Source: an uncultured Spirochaetota bacterium
GTDB lineage: Bacteria > Spirochaetota > Spirochaetia > SZUA-6 > Fen-1364
Assembly (NCBI GenBank): GCA_963820525.1
Contig: CAWGAA010000001.1
Span: 1,952,001 to 2,016,000, forward strand
DNA length: 64,000 nucleotides
Direction: 5' to 3'
Positions 1 through 9,700 of the stretch are shown here, piece by piece; position 1 is the stretch's first letter; each line of letters begins with the position of its first letter. Below the pieces are notes generated by a model. It did not search any database. It had not been told where the DNA came from and worked only from the letters and a program-made list of their open reading frames with translations. Made by a program: the position numbers and the translations under genes.

Positions 1-294
1 GGGCAGGTACATCCACATGTCGTCCCCGGACCGGATGAACGCTTCGCCCTTCTGGATGGGCGGATCGAGGAAGATTGCCACCATCTTGTCTTCTCTGCGG
101 TACACGTGAGTCCGGTTGCGCGTGGGGGCCTTGTCCGGCTTGAAGTTGGACATGATCATCCACGCCTCGTACTCCGCGGGGTACAGGAGGCGGTCCGTTT
201 CCGCGACGTATTTCAGCGCCTCGTCAGACGCCATCTCCTGGGCGCCGCACAGGGTGGCGACAAGCAGGGCCAGGGGAATCAGAAGTCGTTTCAT
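1..294 (-). CDS. Outer-membrane lipoprotein-sorting (LolA-like/TP0789-type) protein, 5' part; runs off window
   Basis: Manual translation from ATG at 294: MKRLLIPLALLVATLCGAQE...VAIFLDPPIQKGEAFIRSGDDMWMYLP; signal peptide and P..KG...L....DMWMYLP pattern. Confidence 0.7.
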   Translation of the reverse strand, partial: MKRLLIPLALLVATLCGAQEMASDEALKYVAETDRLLYPAEYEAWMIMSNFKPDKAPTRNRTHVYRREDKMVAIFLDPPIQKGEAFIRSGDDMWMYLP

Positions 295-565
295 TGCACT
301 CTCCAACGTTCCTATCGAACTACATATTCTGGATTTTCAAGGGCACGAGAACGTTATAAGTTAAACACCGTTGGCCTGGCTTTCCGATACCGGTAAGCCC
401 CTATCGGCAGATCAATTCTCCCTTGAATCAAATATGTGAATCCTAAATAGCATAAGAATCATTTTATGTCAATAGTTTTTTTATTTTTTTAAGTCTTGGT
501 TAATTAAATTAATAATAGCCTGGCGGGGGCTGCGGTCGAACCGGGCGGCCGGCTGGTCCGCCATT

Positions 566-994
566 TCAAGAAGTTGCAGTTTCTTCAATGGTAATCTTCT
601 TTTCTATGGGCGCGGCCTTGCGAAGCATGGCCATGACGGAGCAATACTTGGTCTCGCTCAACTCCACCGCCCGTTCCACGGCCGCGCGGTCTATCCGGGG
701 CCCTCTCACCACGTATTCCACCAGGATGCGCGTGAATACCTTGGGGTGCTCCTCGGAGCGGTCTCCATGCACCCGAACCTCGAATCCCGAGACCTCCTGC
801 CTCTTTTTCTGGAGTATCGAAATGACGTCCATCCCCGTGCAGCCGGCAAGCGAGATCAGTGCAAGCTCGGTCGGCCGAAGCCCATTCTCCCCTCCCGAAG
901 TATCCGCGCCGGACCCGAGAGGTATGGAAAGGCCGCTCGCGGACCCCGTTGCTGTGAAACTGAGACCGCTCTTCCAAACCGCCGTGGCATCCAT
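566..994 (-). CDS. OsmC/YhfA family protein
   Basis: RPTEL..SLAGCTGMDV and SETKYCSV motifs; start set at MDATAVW. Confidence 0.9.
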   Translation of the reverse strand: MDATAVWKSGLSFTATGSASGLSIPLGSGADTSGGENGLRPTELALISLAGCTGMDVISILQKKRQEVSGFEVRVHGDRSEEHPKVFTRILVEYVVRGPRIDRAAVERAVELSETKYCSVMAMLRKAAPIEKKITIEETATS

Positions 995-1100
995 AGGTGC
1001 ACCTCCGCGCACTATAAAAGGTACCTCACTATCATTTGACGATCCAGCGGAAAGCTCGGTATCTTCATGTTCAACGACTCGTGTAATGGAGAACGGCGGC

Positions 1101-1928
1101 ATGCAAATCGTAAGCGCATTGAAAGCAGTGGTGCTCGGCATTGTGGAAGGGGTGACCGAGTTTCTCCCCATCAGCAGCACAGGGCACCTCATCATCGTCG
1201 AACAGCTGGTCAAGCTCTCACAGGATGCGGCCTTCGTAACGGCCTTCGAGGTTGTCATCCAGCTCGGAGCGGTGCTGGCCATCGTGGTCCTGTTCTGGAA
1301 GGTGCTCTGGCCGTGGGCCTCCCCGAAAGAGACGCGCCCCCAGACGTGGCGGCTCTGGGGCCGGGTGATCATCGGCATCATCCCGGCGTTCATCTTCGGC
1401 TTTCTCCTGGACAAGGTGATCACGGAGAAGCTCTTCACGCCTATCGTTGTGGCCATCACCCTGGTGTTCTACGGCGTGGTTCTCATCGTGATCGAGCAGA
1501 TCCTCAAGCGGCGGTCCGGAGAGCGGATGGCGGACGTTCACACGATTCCGCTCCTCATCGCGCTGGGCATCGGCCTCTTCCAGGTGCTCGCCCTCATTCC
1601 CGGCACATCGCGCTCCGCGGCCACCATCATCGGCGGCATGCTCCTGGGCCTGGAACGGGCGGCAGCGGCGGAGTTCTCCTTCTTCCTGGCGGTGCCGGTC
1701 ATGGTGGGCGCGAGCGGCCTCACCCTCATGCGGCAGGGCATCCATTTCACCAAAAGCGAATGGGCCCTCATGGCGATCGGCTTTATCGTCTCCTTTGTGG
1801 TGGCGCTCTTCGTGGTGCGCGCCTTCATGAACTTCGTTCGAAAGAGGAACTTCACGCCGTTCGGCATCTACCGCATCGCCCTGGGCGCCGTGGTGATCAT
1901 CCTGTACTCGCTCAAAGTGCTGATGTAA
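1101..1928 (+). CDS. uppP: Undecaprenyl-diphosphate phosphatase
   Basis: EGVTEFLPISSTGH and PGTSRS motifs, multiple TM segments. Confidence 0.95.
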   Translation: MQIVSALKAVVLGIVEGVTEFLPISSTGHLIIVEQLVKLSQDAAFVTAFEVVIQLGAVLAIVVLFWKVLWPWASPKETRPQTWRLWGRVIIGIIPAFIFGFLLDKVITEKLFTPIVVAITLVFYGVVLIVIEQILKRRSGERMADVHTIPLLIALGIGLFQVLALIPGTSRSAATIIGGMLLGLERAAAAEFSFFLAVPVMVGASGLTLMRQGIHFTKSEWALMAIGFIVSFVVALFVVRAFMNFVRKRNFTPFGIYRIALGAVVIILYSLKVLM

Positions 1929-2215
1929 AAGAGCGCCTGGCCCAGAGACGCGGGCGAGGCACGATGTTTCTATGGACGCTGCCGGCCTTTCTGTCGCGCC
2001 AAGGGCCTCCTCTGCTTGCGAGGCGACCCTGTTGCCTCATCTAGAAATCTTCCCCAAAGGCGGCGTCTTGACGGCCTTACCCCCGTGCCTGATAATGGCC
2101 TCAAAATAAAGCTCAGGAGCATGTCCTGAAACGGGGGAGCCCGTTTCGGCGGCCTCTCGTTTAATAAAGTTGCACTCTCATGAGATTTCCGCAATGTGTG
2201 GACCAAGGAATCTCT

Positions 2216-3184
2216 CTACAAGCGGCCGTCAAGGGGACTCTTGATGGCGATGCCCGGCTTCTTCATGACATGGGTATAAATCATGGTGGTTGACACGTCG
2301 CTGTGGCCCAAGAGCTCCTGCACCGTGCGGATATCAGTGCCGGTTTCCAGCAAATGTGTCGCAAAACAATGGCGAAATGTGTGGCAGCCGATGGGCTTAA
2401 CGATACCGGCAAGTTTCCCCGCTCTCTTGACGGCGCGCTGAAGCACGGATTCATGGACATGATGTCTTCTGCGTGTTCCGGTTTGGGGGTCCGCAGATAG
2501 ACTCTTTGCGGGAAACACATATTGCCATGGCCACTCGGTTTCCGCCGAAGGGTGCTTTCTCGACAGAGCGTACGGAAGCTCGACACCCCCGAAACCTCGC
2601 TTGAGGAACTCCGTATGCAAGGCTTGCACCCTCACAAGATGCCTTTTCAGCTCCGCCACAAGTGCCACAGGAAGAACGGTAACGCGGTCCTTGAACCCCT
2701 TGCCCTCATGCACGGTGATCTGTTGCAGCTCAAAGTCGATATCTTTCACGCGCAGACTCAAACACTCCTTCAATCTCAGCCCGCTTCCGTAGAGAAGACC
2801 AGCCATGAGTCGAGTCTCTCCCGTCAGAACGGCCAACACTCTTTCAATCTCGTCGGCCGACAGCACCACGGGTATGCGTTTCGGGCGCCGGGCGCGGATG
2901 GCATCTATCGATCCGAGCTCTTTATGAATAACGTTCTTGTAGAAAAACACCAGAGCGTTGAGCGCCTGGTTCTGCGTCGAGGCGGAAACCCGTTCATTCA
3001 CGGCGAGATGATTGAGGAAGGCCTTGACTTCGACATCACCCATCGACTCAAGCGCACGTCTCTTGTGGAAATTGAAGAAGCGGCCAACCCAATTTACGTA
3101 GACTCGTTCTGTTTGAAGAGAGTAATGCCTCAGTCTCATTACATCTCTAAGATGATCTGAAAGCTGGTGCTTCTGTACGTCCAT
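2216..3184 (-). CDS. intI: Integron integrase IntI
   Basis: Tyrosine recombinase motifs [20 protein letters not shown]...TTMIYTH plus integron-specific insert [10 protein letters not shown]...WQYVFP...RRHH; AGGAGGA RBS. Confidence 0.97.
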   Translation of the reverse strand: MDVQKHQLSDHLRDVMRLRHYSLQTERVYVNWVGRFFNFHKRRALESMGDVEVKAFLNHLAVNERVSASTQNQALNALVFFYKNVIHKELGSIDAIRARRPKRIPVVLSADEIERVLAVLTGETRLMAGLLYGSGLRLKECLSLRVKDIDFELQQITVHEGKGFKDRVTVLPVALVAELKRHLVRVQALHTEFLKRGFGGVELPYALSRKHPSAETEWPWQYVFPAKSLSADPQTGTRRRHHVHESVLQRAVKRAGKLAGIVKPIGCHTFRHCFATHLLETGTDIRTVQELLGHSDVSTTMIYTHVMKKPGIAIKSPLDGRL

Positions 3185-3559
3185 CAACGATGTCCTCCTG
3201 GTTTGAAGTTCTGGACGGCAAATCCAAGTGATGGTCTAATAACCAGCGCTATATTCAGCAATGACGGCTGGATTATTCATTCTGATTGAAAAAGAGAGCG
3301 TTTTTGCATAGATAGAATGGTGATTTCGGGCGCGAGAATTGATTAAGAAGTCTATGGTAGGCAAATAGCGTGCATATCCAACTGCAATCGGCCTATTAAC
3401 GTACGGATAGATGTAATAAACTCTATAAGGGTTGCTTCCGAGCGATTCTGCGAATAGCAATACGCCAACGGAAGCAAGATGCACGGAAGCTATCGCGCGG
3501 AAAGGCTGTCATTCTAACGAATAAGCAGCGTTTCCCTGCGGAAAAGGTGGATATGAATG

Positions 3560-3598
3560 ACTGAATGTCTTATTTTGCTAGATACTCAGTAGTTATGT
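3560..3598 (+). other. attI site; crossover G^TTATGT at 3592/3593 (left boundary approximate)
   Basis: GTTATGTCTCTC (3592-3603) is the exact reverse complement of the end of cassette 1 (4599-4610); no attC hairpin upstream. Confidence 0.8.
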
Positions 3599-3710
3599 CT
3601 CTCTATTTTTGGATAACGGGCGCTGTAAGGTATACTCACTGGCAGCATCCCAGATTACCACTTGCAGAACATCAGTCGTGGTGGTAAGTTTATATTGAAA
3701 GGAGAGATCT

Positions 3711-4565
3711 GTGAGATTCAACATCGTTAGTCTATCAATCATTCTATCAATCTTTGCAACATCCACATGGGCACAGACCAACGTTGAGACTTATGGGGTC
3801 ACCTATAGGACAATAGATGGCAAAGAGCTTCAAATGGATATTCAGAGGCCTCAACCTGTGGGTGTTCCGAAACCAGTAATCGTATTTCTTTGCGGTAACG
3901 GCTGGGGATATGAGAGGACTATAAACCGCGAATCATTCTGGTATGCTCTGGACCTTGCTAATGAACATGGATATGTCGCAGTCACCGTAGACTACAGCTC
4001 ATCAGCGCAGAACTCCAACGGCAGGCCAATTGGAACTTTTCCGTCCCAAATCTATGACGTTAAAAGTGCTATACGCTTTCTGAAGGCAAATGCAAAGCAG
4101 TACGATATCGATCCAACTCGGATTGGAGTCATTGGCTTCTCATCAGGAGGAAACTTGGCGCTGCTACTCGCGCTTACGCTTCCGGCAGATGGACTCGAGG
4201 GGCATGACGACTATCTCCAGTATTCCAGCTCAGTGCAAGCCGTTGTCAATCTTTCGGGGGCAACAGATCTAGTTAGTTGGAATAAAGAGCCATTTGTCAG
4301 TGCATATTTGGGAGGCTCTCTTCAGGCAAAGCCAGAACAATACAAGAGAGCTAGTCCCATCAACTATGTGAAGCCAGGCATGGCGCCGGTCTTAACCATC
4401 CATGGGGAAAAGGATATGATTGTCTCCCCCGATCAGGCACGGATGCTTGACGCGCGAATGAAAGAAGTGGGCGCGTCTCACACTTTGATTATTAAAAGTG
4501 ACTTAGGTCATAATGATGAGATTGATCAGAATGTATGGGATTTCTTGGAGAAAGCTCTAAAATAA
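3711..4565 (+). CDS. Cassette 1: secreted alpha/beta hydrolase (esterase/lipase)
   Basis: Signal peptide, GFSSGG nucleophile elbow, HGEKD, GH. Confidence 0.9.
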   Translation: MRFNIVSLSIILSIFATSTWAQTNVETYGVTYRTIDGKELQMDIQRPQPVGVPKPVIVFLCGNGWGYERTINRESFWYALDLANEHGYVAVTVDYSSSAQNSNGRPIGTFPSQIYDVKSAIRFLKANAKQYDIDPTRIGVIGFSSGGNLALLLALTLPADGLEGHDDYLQYSSSVQAVVNLSGATDLVSWNKEPFVSAYLGGSLQAKPEQYKRASPINYVKPGMAPVLTIHGEKDMIVSPDQARMLDARMKEVGASHTLIIKSDLGHNDEIDQNVWDFLEKALK

Positions 4566-4603
4566 CTTATCGGCGTAAAAGGACGAAAATTCAGCCAGGA
4601 GAG

Positions 4604-4719
4604 ACATAACATGCTGTTGGAGCAGACCGCTTAGGCTACGCGTCGTTACTAATTCATACGTGTGCTAAAGTAATTGTACCTGTATGATGCTGCGCGGCTG
4701 CTCAACAGCGTCGTTAGGC
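4604..4719 (+). repeat. attC1 (116 bp)
   Basis: ACATAAC-ATGCT-GTTGGAGCAG...CTGCTCAAC-AGCGTC-GTTAGGC; L boxes pair with one extrahelical G. Confidence 0.95.
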
Positions 4720-4798
4720 GTCCATAAAAATGGCTGTAGCGGTTTGAAAGAGTCTTTCACTCCTACAAGATTCAAGAACCTTACCTGGAAAGACACCA

Positions 4799-5278
4799 TC
4801 ATTCACCGGTTGATTCTGGTGGCTGCCAACCATCTGTACCTAGAAAAGCATTGACATCCACTCCTAGCCCCCTAGATAGTGCACATACTGATTGCCATAG
4901 AGGCTTTGTCCTGGTTCCTTGCTCAAGTTGCCGGATGGTACCGACATCTAGACCTGAGTTACTGGCGAGGCTTTCCTGAGTTTGCCTTGCTTGTTCCCGA
5001 AGACGCTTCAACCTAGAGCCAAATGGCTCGTCGCGAACCCATCGATCATGAATCCACGAGCAAGAAATCACCTCCATTGTGACGTTTTCATGATGGCGTC
5101 GCGAGGGAACAGGGGAATCTTTGGCTAGTAGGCCGCTGTCAATCAGCTCTCGATGAAGCTTTTCGTAGAAGCTGACATTACTTATATCTCCATAGCTACG
5201 GTGTCCCCAAGCTCCTTTTATGAGCCAATCTCCTTTCTCACCCTTGATCTTTGTAGGCCTAAGAATTAATGATCCCAT
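4799..5278 (-). CDS. Cassette 2 (reverse orientation): protein with C-terminal XRE helix-turn-helix
   Basis: FGSRLKRLREQARQTQESLA...IRQLEQG..KP; AAGGAGG RBS. Confidence 0.8.
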   Translation of the reverse strand: MGSLILRPTKIKGEKGDWLIKGAWGHRSYGDISNVSFYEKLHRELIDSGLLAKDSPVPSRRHHENVTMEVISCSWIHDRWVRDEPFGSRLKRLREQARQTQESLASNSGLDVGTIRQLEQGTRTKPLWQSVCALSRGLGVDVNAFLGTDGWQPPESTGE

Positions 5279-5301
5279 GACAGCTCAATCCTCCTTGCAC
5301 A

Positions 5302-5331
5302 ACTATATCATATGTGGTAGAACTATGTCAA
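5302..5331 (-). promoter_or_regulatory. Sigma70-type promoter of the cassette 2 gene
   Basis: Minus strand TTGACA-N18-TATAGT with TGn extended -10. Confidence 0.7.
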
Positions 5332-5450
5332 CTGTAGTAGAAACTATTATAGGGCACTTCCGAAAAAGGAATAAATCGCTTGAACCAACAGCTTGTTACG
5401 GAGAAAATTGCCATAGCTAATAGTCGCCCAGATTGGCAATAAAGCTGGAC

Positions 5451-5567
5451 GCCTAACATGCTGTTGGAGTTGACCCCTTAGGTTGCATTTGGGAAGTGCG
5501 ACATCTCGTTGCTAAACCTCCGCTACCCTGCTTCGGGCGGCGGGGCAACTCAACAGCGTCGTTATCC
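5451..5567 (+). repeat. attC2 (117 bp)
   Basis: GCCTAAC-ATGCT-GTTGGAGTTG...CAACTCAAC-AGCGTC-GTTATCC. Confidence 0.95.
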
Positions 5568-5888
5568 CCCCTGAATACTAGCTTTGTGCAACAGACATTC
5601 TTTTCAAATCATTTGATGATAAAAGATCCTACATAAGCGAACGACTTATAGCGACCGTCATGTTTGATCGATCAGACCTACTATCGAAAAAGCAGGGCGA
5701 ATATCTCCGGAAGTTCGGCGCCCCCCCTAACATATCCTCATGGCATTTTACCTGACCACACCGGCAGTTACCATATCCTACCGAAATATAATGTGTTTAT
5801 GGCCACCCGTCGTATTTTATCTATCAGTAGCTTGGCAGCAGTATTCTCCGGGGGCTTATAAGGAAGTCAACGCTACGCGTCATAAGAC

Positions 5889-5917
5889 TTGCAAGACTTC
5901 ATAGATATATGGATAAT
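5889..5917 (+). promoter_or_regulatory. Putative internal promoter in cassette 3
   Basis: TTGCAA-N17-GATAAT about 80 bp upstream of the ORF. Confidence 0.45.
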
Positions 5918-5996
5918 GATTACCTTCACGCAAGAGATTGCATTGAACATTCTATTCGTGAAGTTTCGCAAAGCTGCGAACAGAAGGATTAATAGA

Positions 5997-6416
5997 ATGA
6001 CATCATGGGCATTCAACCCTCACTCTGGAGGAATAACGATATCCCCCACATTAAAAAGGGACATTGCCGAAAGGCTTGAAAAGCACGCGGCCTCGAATTA
6101 CAAAGGTCTGTATTTCCGGATAGACATCAGGTTCCGCGGGGTATTGTGCTATATAGACGCTTATAAAGAACCCAAACCGCCAGATAAGAAGCTTTTAGAG
6201 ATAAACCATGAGAGCATGCAAGCCTACACTGAGAGGATGCGGAACTTCCCAATACATATTGGCAGAATCCGGCATTTCGGAGATGACAGATGGAGCTATG
6301 CATTCTACACCTACAGCAATGAACGCTATGAACCTGCGACATTTGGAAATGGAGAATGGTTTGGTACCCCAGAAGAGGCGTTCGATATCGGTGCAAGGTA
6401 TCTCATGGATGAATAA
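5997..6416 (+). CDS. Cassette 3: hypothetical protein
   Basis: 139-aa ORF (MTSWAFNPHSGG...) ending just before attC3. Confidence 0.75.
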   Translation: MTSWAFNPHSGGITISPTLKRDIAERLEKHAASNYKGLYFRIDIRFRGVLCYIDAYKEPKPPDKKLLEINHESMQAYTERMRNFPIHIGRIRHFGDDRWSYAFYTYSNERYEPATFGNGEWFGTPEEAFDIGARYLMDE

Positions 6417-6424
6417 TTCAGGGG

Positions 6425-6541
6425 GGATAACAAATCGCTGGAGCAGACGCCTTGACCTACGCTTGAGAACTGGAAGCTACGCACGCTAAACTGAGGCCGC
6501 GGGGCGGTGGTCGGCGGCGCTGCTCAGCTCTATCGTTATGT
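6425..6541 (+). repeat. attC3 (117 bp, AAATCG subtype)
   Basis: GGATAAC-AAATC-GCTGGAGCAG...CTGCTCAGC-TCTATC-GTTATGT. Confidence 0.93.
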
Positions 6542-6611
6542 GGCCGAAACTAGAACTCAGCCGTCATTCTTGATCCCGGGCAATCTGCTGATCATACAGA
6601 ATGGAGAAGAC

Positions 6612-7205
6612 ATGAAGTTCCCGACAGAACTAATAGCCGCGCTTGTAGGCGGTCTCTTCACACTGCTCGTGGCGGTCATCGCCTCTTTGATACAAGGGAG
6701 ACAATCCACAAGAATCCTAAGACTTCAGCTTGAGCATCAGGACAGGAAGGAGGCTACCTCTCAGAGAAGAAAGTACATTGAAGAGCTCTTTATTGCAGTT
6801 AAGCACTGGTTCGACATGATATTCATTGACAACATGAATTACCGCAGAGTTATGGATGGCAAGTTGACCTATAACCAAGCCCTCGACCTCACAATAAAGA
6901 ACATGGGGGATCAAGATTACGACTTTAAAAGAATCGAAATGATTATTTCTCTGTATTTCCCTACTCTAGAGGAAGACCGAAACGCAATAATGGATACTCA
7001 AAGCAGAGCAAGAGATATCATAGATGAATTTAAAAGAACCTACGAAAACGGAACGTACACGAGTGCGGAATCCTCCCTCCAGCTTGGGGGGGTTATTGAT
7101 GAGCTTCTCAAAAAGTACCGGACGCTGGAGGACGCTATCTTGAAGTTGGCAAGAAGCGAATCCAGAAGTTACCCTTTTCTCTCGGAAGGCAGGTCGGTGG
7201 AATAA
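6612..7205 (+). CDS. Cassette 4: hypothetical protein with N-terminal TM helix
   Basis: LIAALVGGLFTLLVAVIASLI followed by a helical domain; GGAG RBS. Confidence 0.75.
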   Translation: MKFPTELIAALVGGLFTLLVAVIASLIQGRQSTRILRLQLEHQDRKEATSQRRKYIEELFIAVKHWFDMIFIDNMNYRRVMDGKLTYNQALDLTIKNMGDQDYDFKRIEMIISLYFPTLEEDRNAIMDTQSRARDIIDEFKRTYENGTYTSAESSLQLGGVIDELLKKYRTLEDAILKLARSESRSYPFLSEGRSVE

Positions 7206-7337
7206 TATTCCAATTGTCACAAAGGCTATTCCTATCGGAAAGTTCGGAAAGAATGATTGCCTATTGTTACGCTATTGCTCTTGCTCCAAGTATGATGATG
7301 ATTGTTCTATCCATTCATATTGCTGTACAAGGCGGCC

Positions 7338-7454
7338 ACATAACATGCTGTTGGAGTTGACCGCCTAGGCTACGCTTCGTTGCCAACAACTACGCGCGTT
7401 GGAGCTTTTGTTACTTGGATGATTCGGGGCGGCAACTCAACAGCGTCGTTAGGC
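7338..7454 (+). repeat. attC4 (117 bp)
   Basis: ACATAAC-ATGCT-GTTGGAGTTG...CAACTCAAC-AGCGTC-GTTAGGC. Confidence 0.95.
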
Positions 7455-7510
7455 GCAAATTGAGGATCATGAGTGGAAGTCCGACTGCTTGACACAAAAG
7501 GAGACTTGTC

Positions 7511-8428
7511 ATGAATGTTCTGGACTCTATCGGAAACACGCCACTGATTCAGCTGAGTCGAATCGTGCCAAGTGGCGCCGGCCATATTTTCGTCAAGCTC
7601 GAGATGTGTAATCCAACAGGCAGCATGAAAGACCGCATGGCGCGTGCTGTTATCGAAGCCGCCGAGCACGGGAATCGGCTGACTCCCGGTGGAACGGTTG
7701 TCGAATACACAGGCGGTACGACTGGGATCTCGCTCGCATTCGTCTGTGCTGCGAAGGGATACAGTATAGAGATCGTGTTTTCTGATGCCTTTAGCCCGGA
7801 AAAAGCCCAAATAATGAAGGCGCTGGGAGCTCACGTTACAGTTGTGCCAAGCGGAGGCAAGGGAATCACTCAGAGTGTCATCATGCGAATGATAGAGCAG
7901 GCAAGATCCATCAGCCAAAGGCCAGGCCACTGGTGGTCGGACCAGCTAAACAACAGGGACGCGGTTGGGGCCTATCACGCACTCGGGGAGGAAATCTGGG
8001 AACAAACAAAGGGCAGGGTGGATGCATTCGTTCAAGCCGTAGGTACGGCACATTCAATTCATGGGACAATGGAGGCACTGTCTGGGCATAAGCAGAACAT
8101 TCACGTGGTGGCGGTAGAGCCCGAGGAATCAGCGGTACTCTCTGGCCGCGCACCTGGATCGCACAGCATCGAAGGGTCGGGTATCGGATTTGTGCCCCCT
8201 TTGTGGGAACCAGATAAAGTACACGAGATAATGACGGTCTCCACTCAAGAGGCCGAGGCAATGGCACGGCGGTTGGCGCGAGAAGAGGGGATTTTCGCCG
8301 GCACTTCGTCAGGTGCGAATGTAGTTGCAGCACTTCGACTCGCTGAGCGACTGGGCCCCAAAGCAACCGTTACGACGCTAATGGTTGACTCAGGCCAACG
8401 CTACCTAAGCACTGGCGTGTTTCGGTAG
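7511..8428 (+). CDS. Cassette 5: cysteine synthase-family PLP enzyme
   Basis: IGNTPL, NPTGSMKDR (PLP lysine), GTSSGAN, DSGQRYLST. Confidence 0.9.
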   Translation: MNVLDSIGNTPLIQLSRIVPSGAGHIFVKLEMCNPTGSMKDRMARAVIEAAEHGNRLTPGGTVVEYTGGTTGISLAFVCAAKGYSIEIVFSDAFSPEKAQIMKALGAHVTVVPSGGKGITQSVIMRMIEQARSISQRPGHWWSDQLNNRDAVGAYHALGEEIWEQTKGRVDAFVQAVGTAHSIHGTMEALSGHKQNIHVVAVEPEESAVLSGRAPGSHSIEGSGIGFVPPLWEPDKVHEIMTVSTQEAEAMARRLAREEGIFAGTSSGANVVAALRLAERLGPKATVTTLMVDSGQRYLSTGVFR

Positions 8429-8489
8429 TTCCATATATCGAAGCAGTTGCCGGTTTGCGCCTAACATCTATAACAACGCGTCTGTCAAG

Positions 8490-8651
8490 AAGACGAAAGC
8501 TCCAAAACCTCCTTCGAACACTACTATGATATAGCCGGTCCTACCGGAAACATCTATACGCCCTCATCGGGGCATGATCACCTGCAGCAGGGATGTCACA
8601 ATCAAATCGCGTGCCTGTAGCGGCACATGTTAGGCACGTGCTCACCCCTGC
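8490..8651 (-). ncRNA. Predicted bridge/seek RNA of IS copy 1 (ends approximate)
   Basis: Target loop GCCUAACA-hairpin-GCGAUUUG matches attC; donor loop UAUAGAUG-hairpin-UAUCAU matches the circle junction. Confidence 0.8.
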
Positions 8652-9700
8652 CTCGGTGAGACCTTCAATGGCTCTCGATATGGCTCGTTTTTCTTGAGGA
8701 CCCAAAAGGTGGATTCCGATAGATGACGGGCGAGCGCTCCGATGGCCACAGAGGATCCTTTGCGACCGCGAATCCTCAGATACAGCCTGGAGACGTGGCG
8801 GCCTATCCAGCCGCGCTGTGCGTGGTGCGCTGAGATTGCATTTGCCGCCTCGATGAAGGCCCATTTGAGATATTGATTGCTCTCGGTCCTCATTTTCCCA
8901 TAGTGGCACTTGCCACCGCTGGAGCTCACCCGTGGAGTGGTGCCGCTATAACTGCTGAACTGTGAAGCGGTGCAAAACCGCTCGATGCAACCGACCTCTC
9001 GATCGATAACGATTACCAAAATGTCCCCGACGCCAGGAAGAGTCTTTAGCAGCTGCATGCTGGGGGTTAGCGAGACCTGGCTGCGGATGCGCTCCTCCAA
9101 AGAGGATATCTGAAGGCTGATGAAATCCAGAAGTTGGAGATGTTGTTCCAAGCAGCGAGCTGTCTCCGGGGGAAGCCGGGACACGGCAGAGCTCAACCAT
9201 GATCGTCCCCGCTGTGAGAATACCTGGCAACCATCCTCAGCAGACAAGGCGTACTTGGCAAGGATCGAGTGAATGCGGTTCTTCAAAGACGTTCGCATCC
9301 TGCACAGGACCATTCGTGTGCGAGGCAATTCGCGCTGATCACGTAGGCCAGATGGCGGCAGCCAAACGGTAGGAAGGCTGCCAAGCCTAAGGAGGGTAGC
9401 AAGACCACCGGCGTCCAGTTTATCGGTCTTGTTCACATTTCCCATCAACAGTTTGGCCTTGCCGGGATTTGTTAGCAAAGGAACACACCCTGAAGCTTCG
9501 ATTTCATCAGCAATCCAGTACCAATTGCCTACGCTCTCCAAAGCAACCGGGGTGCCAGAGGGGAGTCGTGAGAAAAAGCAGGAGATGGTTCCCGGAGCAT
9601 GATTGATACGGACTCGATTCAGAACCTTGCCCTTCGGGTCCTGGATCTCGAGCTGAGAGTAGTGCTTATGAGCATCACACCCAACACTCAACGACTGCAT
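8642..9700 (-). CDS. IS110-family DEDD recombinase/transposase
   Basis: GCDAHK, ALES, KTDKLDA, LPGVG, SSGGK; AGGAGG RBS. Confidence 0.95.
   Translation of the reverse strand: MQSLSVGCDAHKHYSQLEIQDPKGKVLNRVRINHAPGTISCFFSRLPSGTPVALESVGNWYWIADEIEASGCVPLLTNPGKAKLLMGNVNKTDKLDAGGLATLLRLGSLPTVWLPPSGLRDQRELPRTRMVLCRMRTSLKNRIHSILAKYALSAEDGCQVFSQRGRSWLSSAVSRLPPETARCLEQHLQLLDFISLQISSLEERIRSQVSLTPSMQLLKTLPGVGDILVIVIDREVGCIERFCTASQFSSYSGTTPRVSSSGGKCHYGKMRTESNQYLKWAFIEAANAISAHHAQRGWIGRHVSRLYLRIRGRKGSSVAIGALARHLSESTFWVLKKNEPYREPLKVSPRQG

Noticed and set aside
420..520. AT-rich tract as replication origin or ncRNA
   Set aside because: No DnaA-box cluster or structure seen; probably the promoter region of the upstream gene.
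3188..3591. Pc/Pint promoters, LexA box and ORF 3236-3484
   Set aside because: No convincing consensus by eye; the short ORF has no recognisable features.
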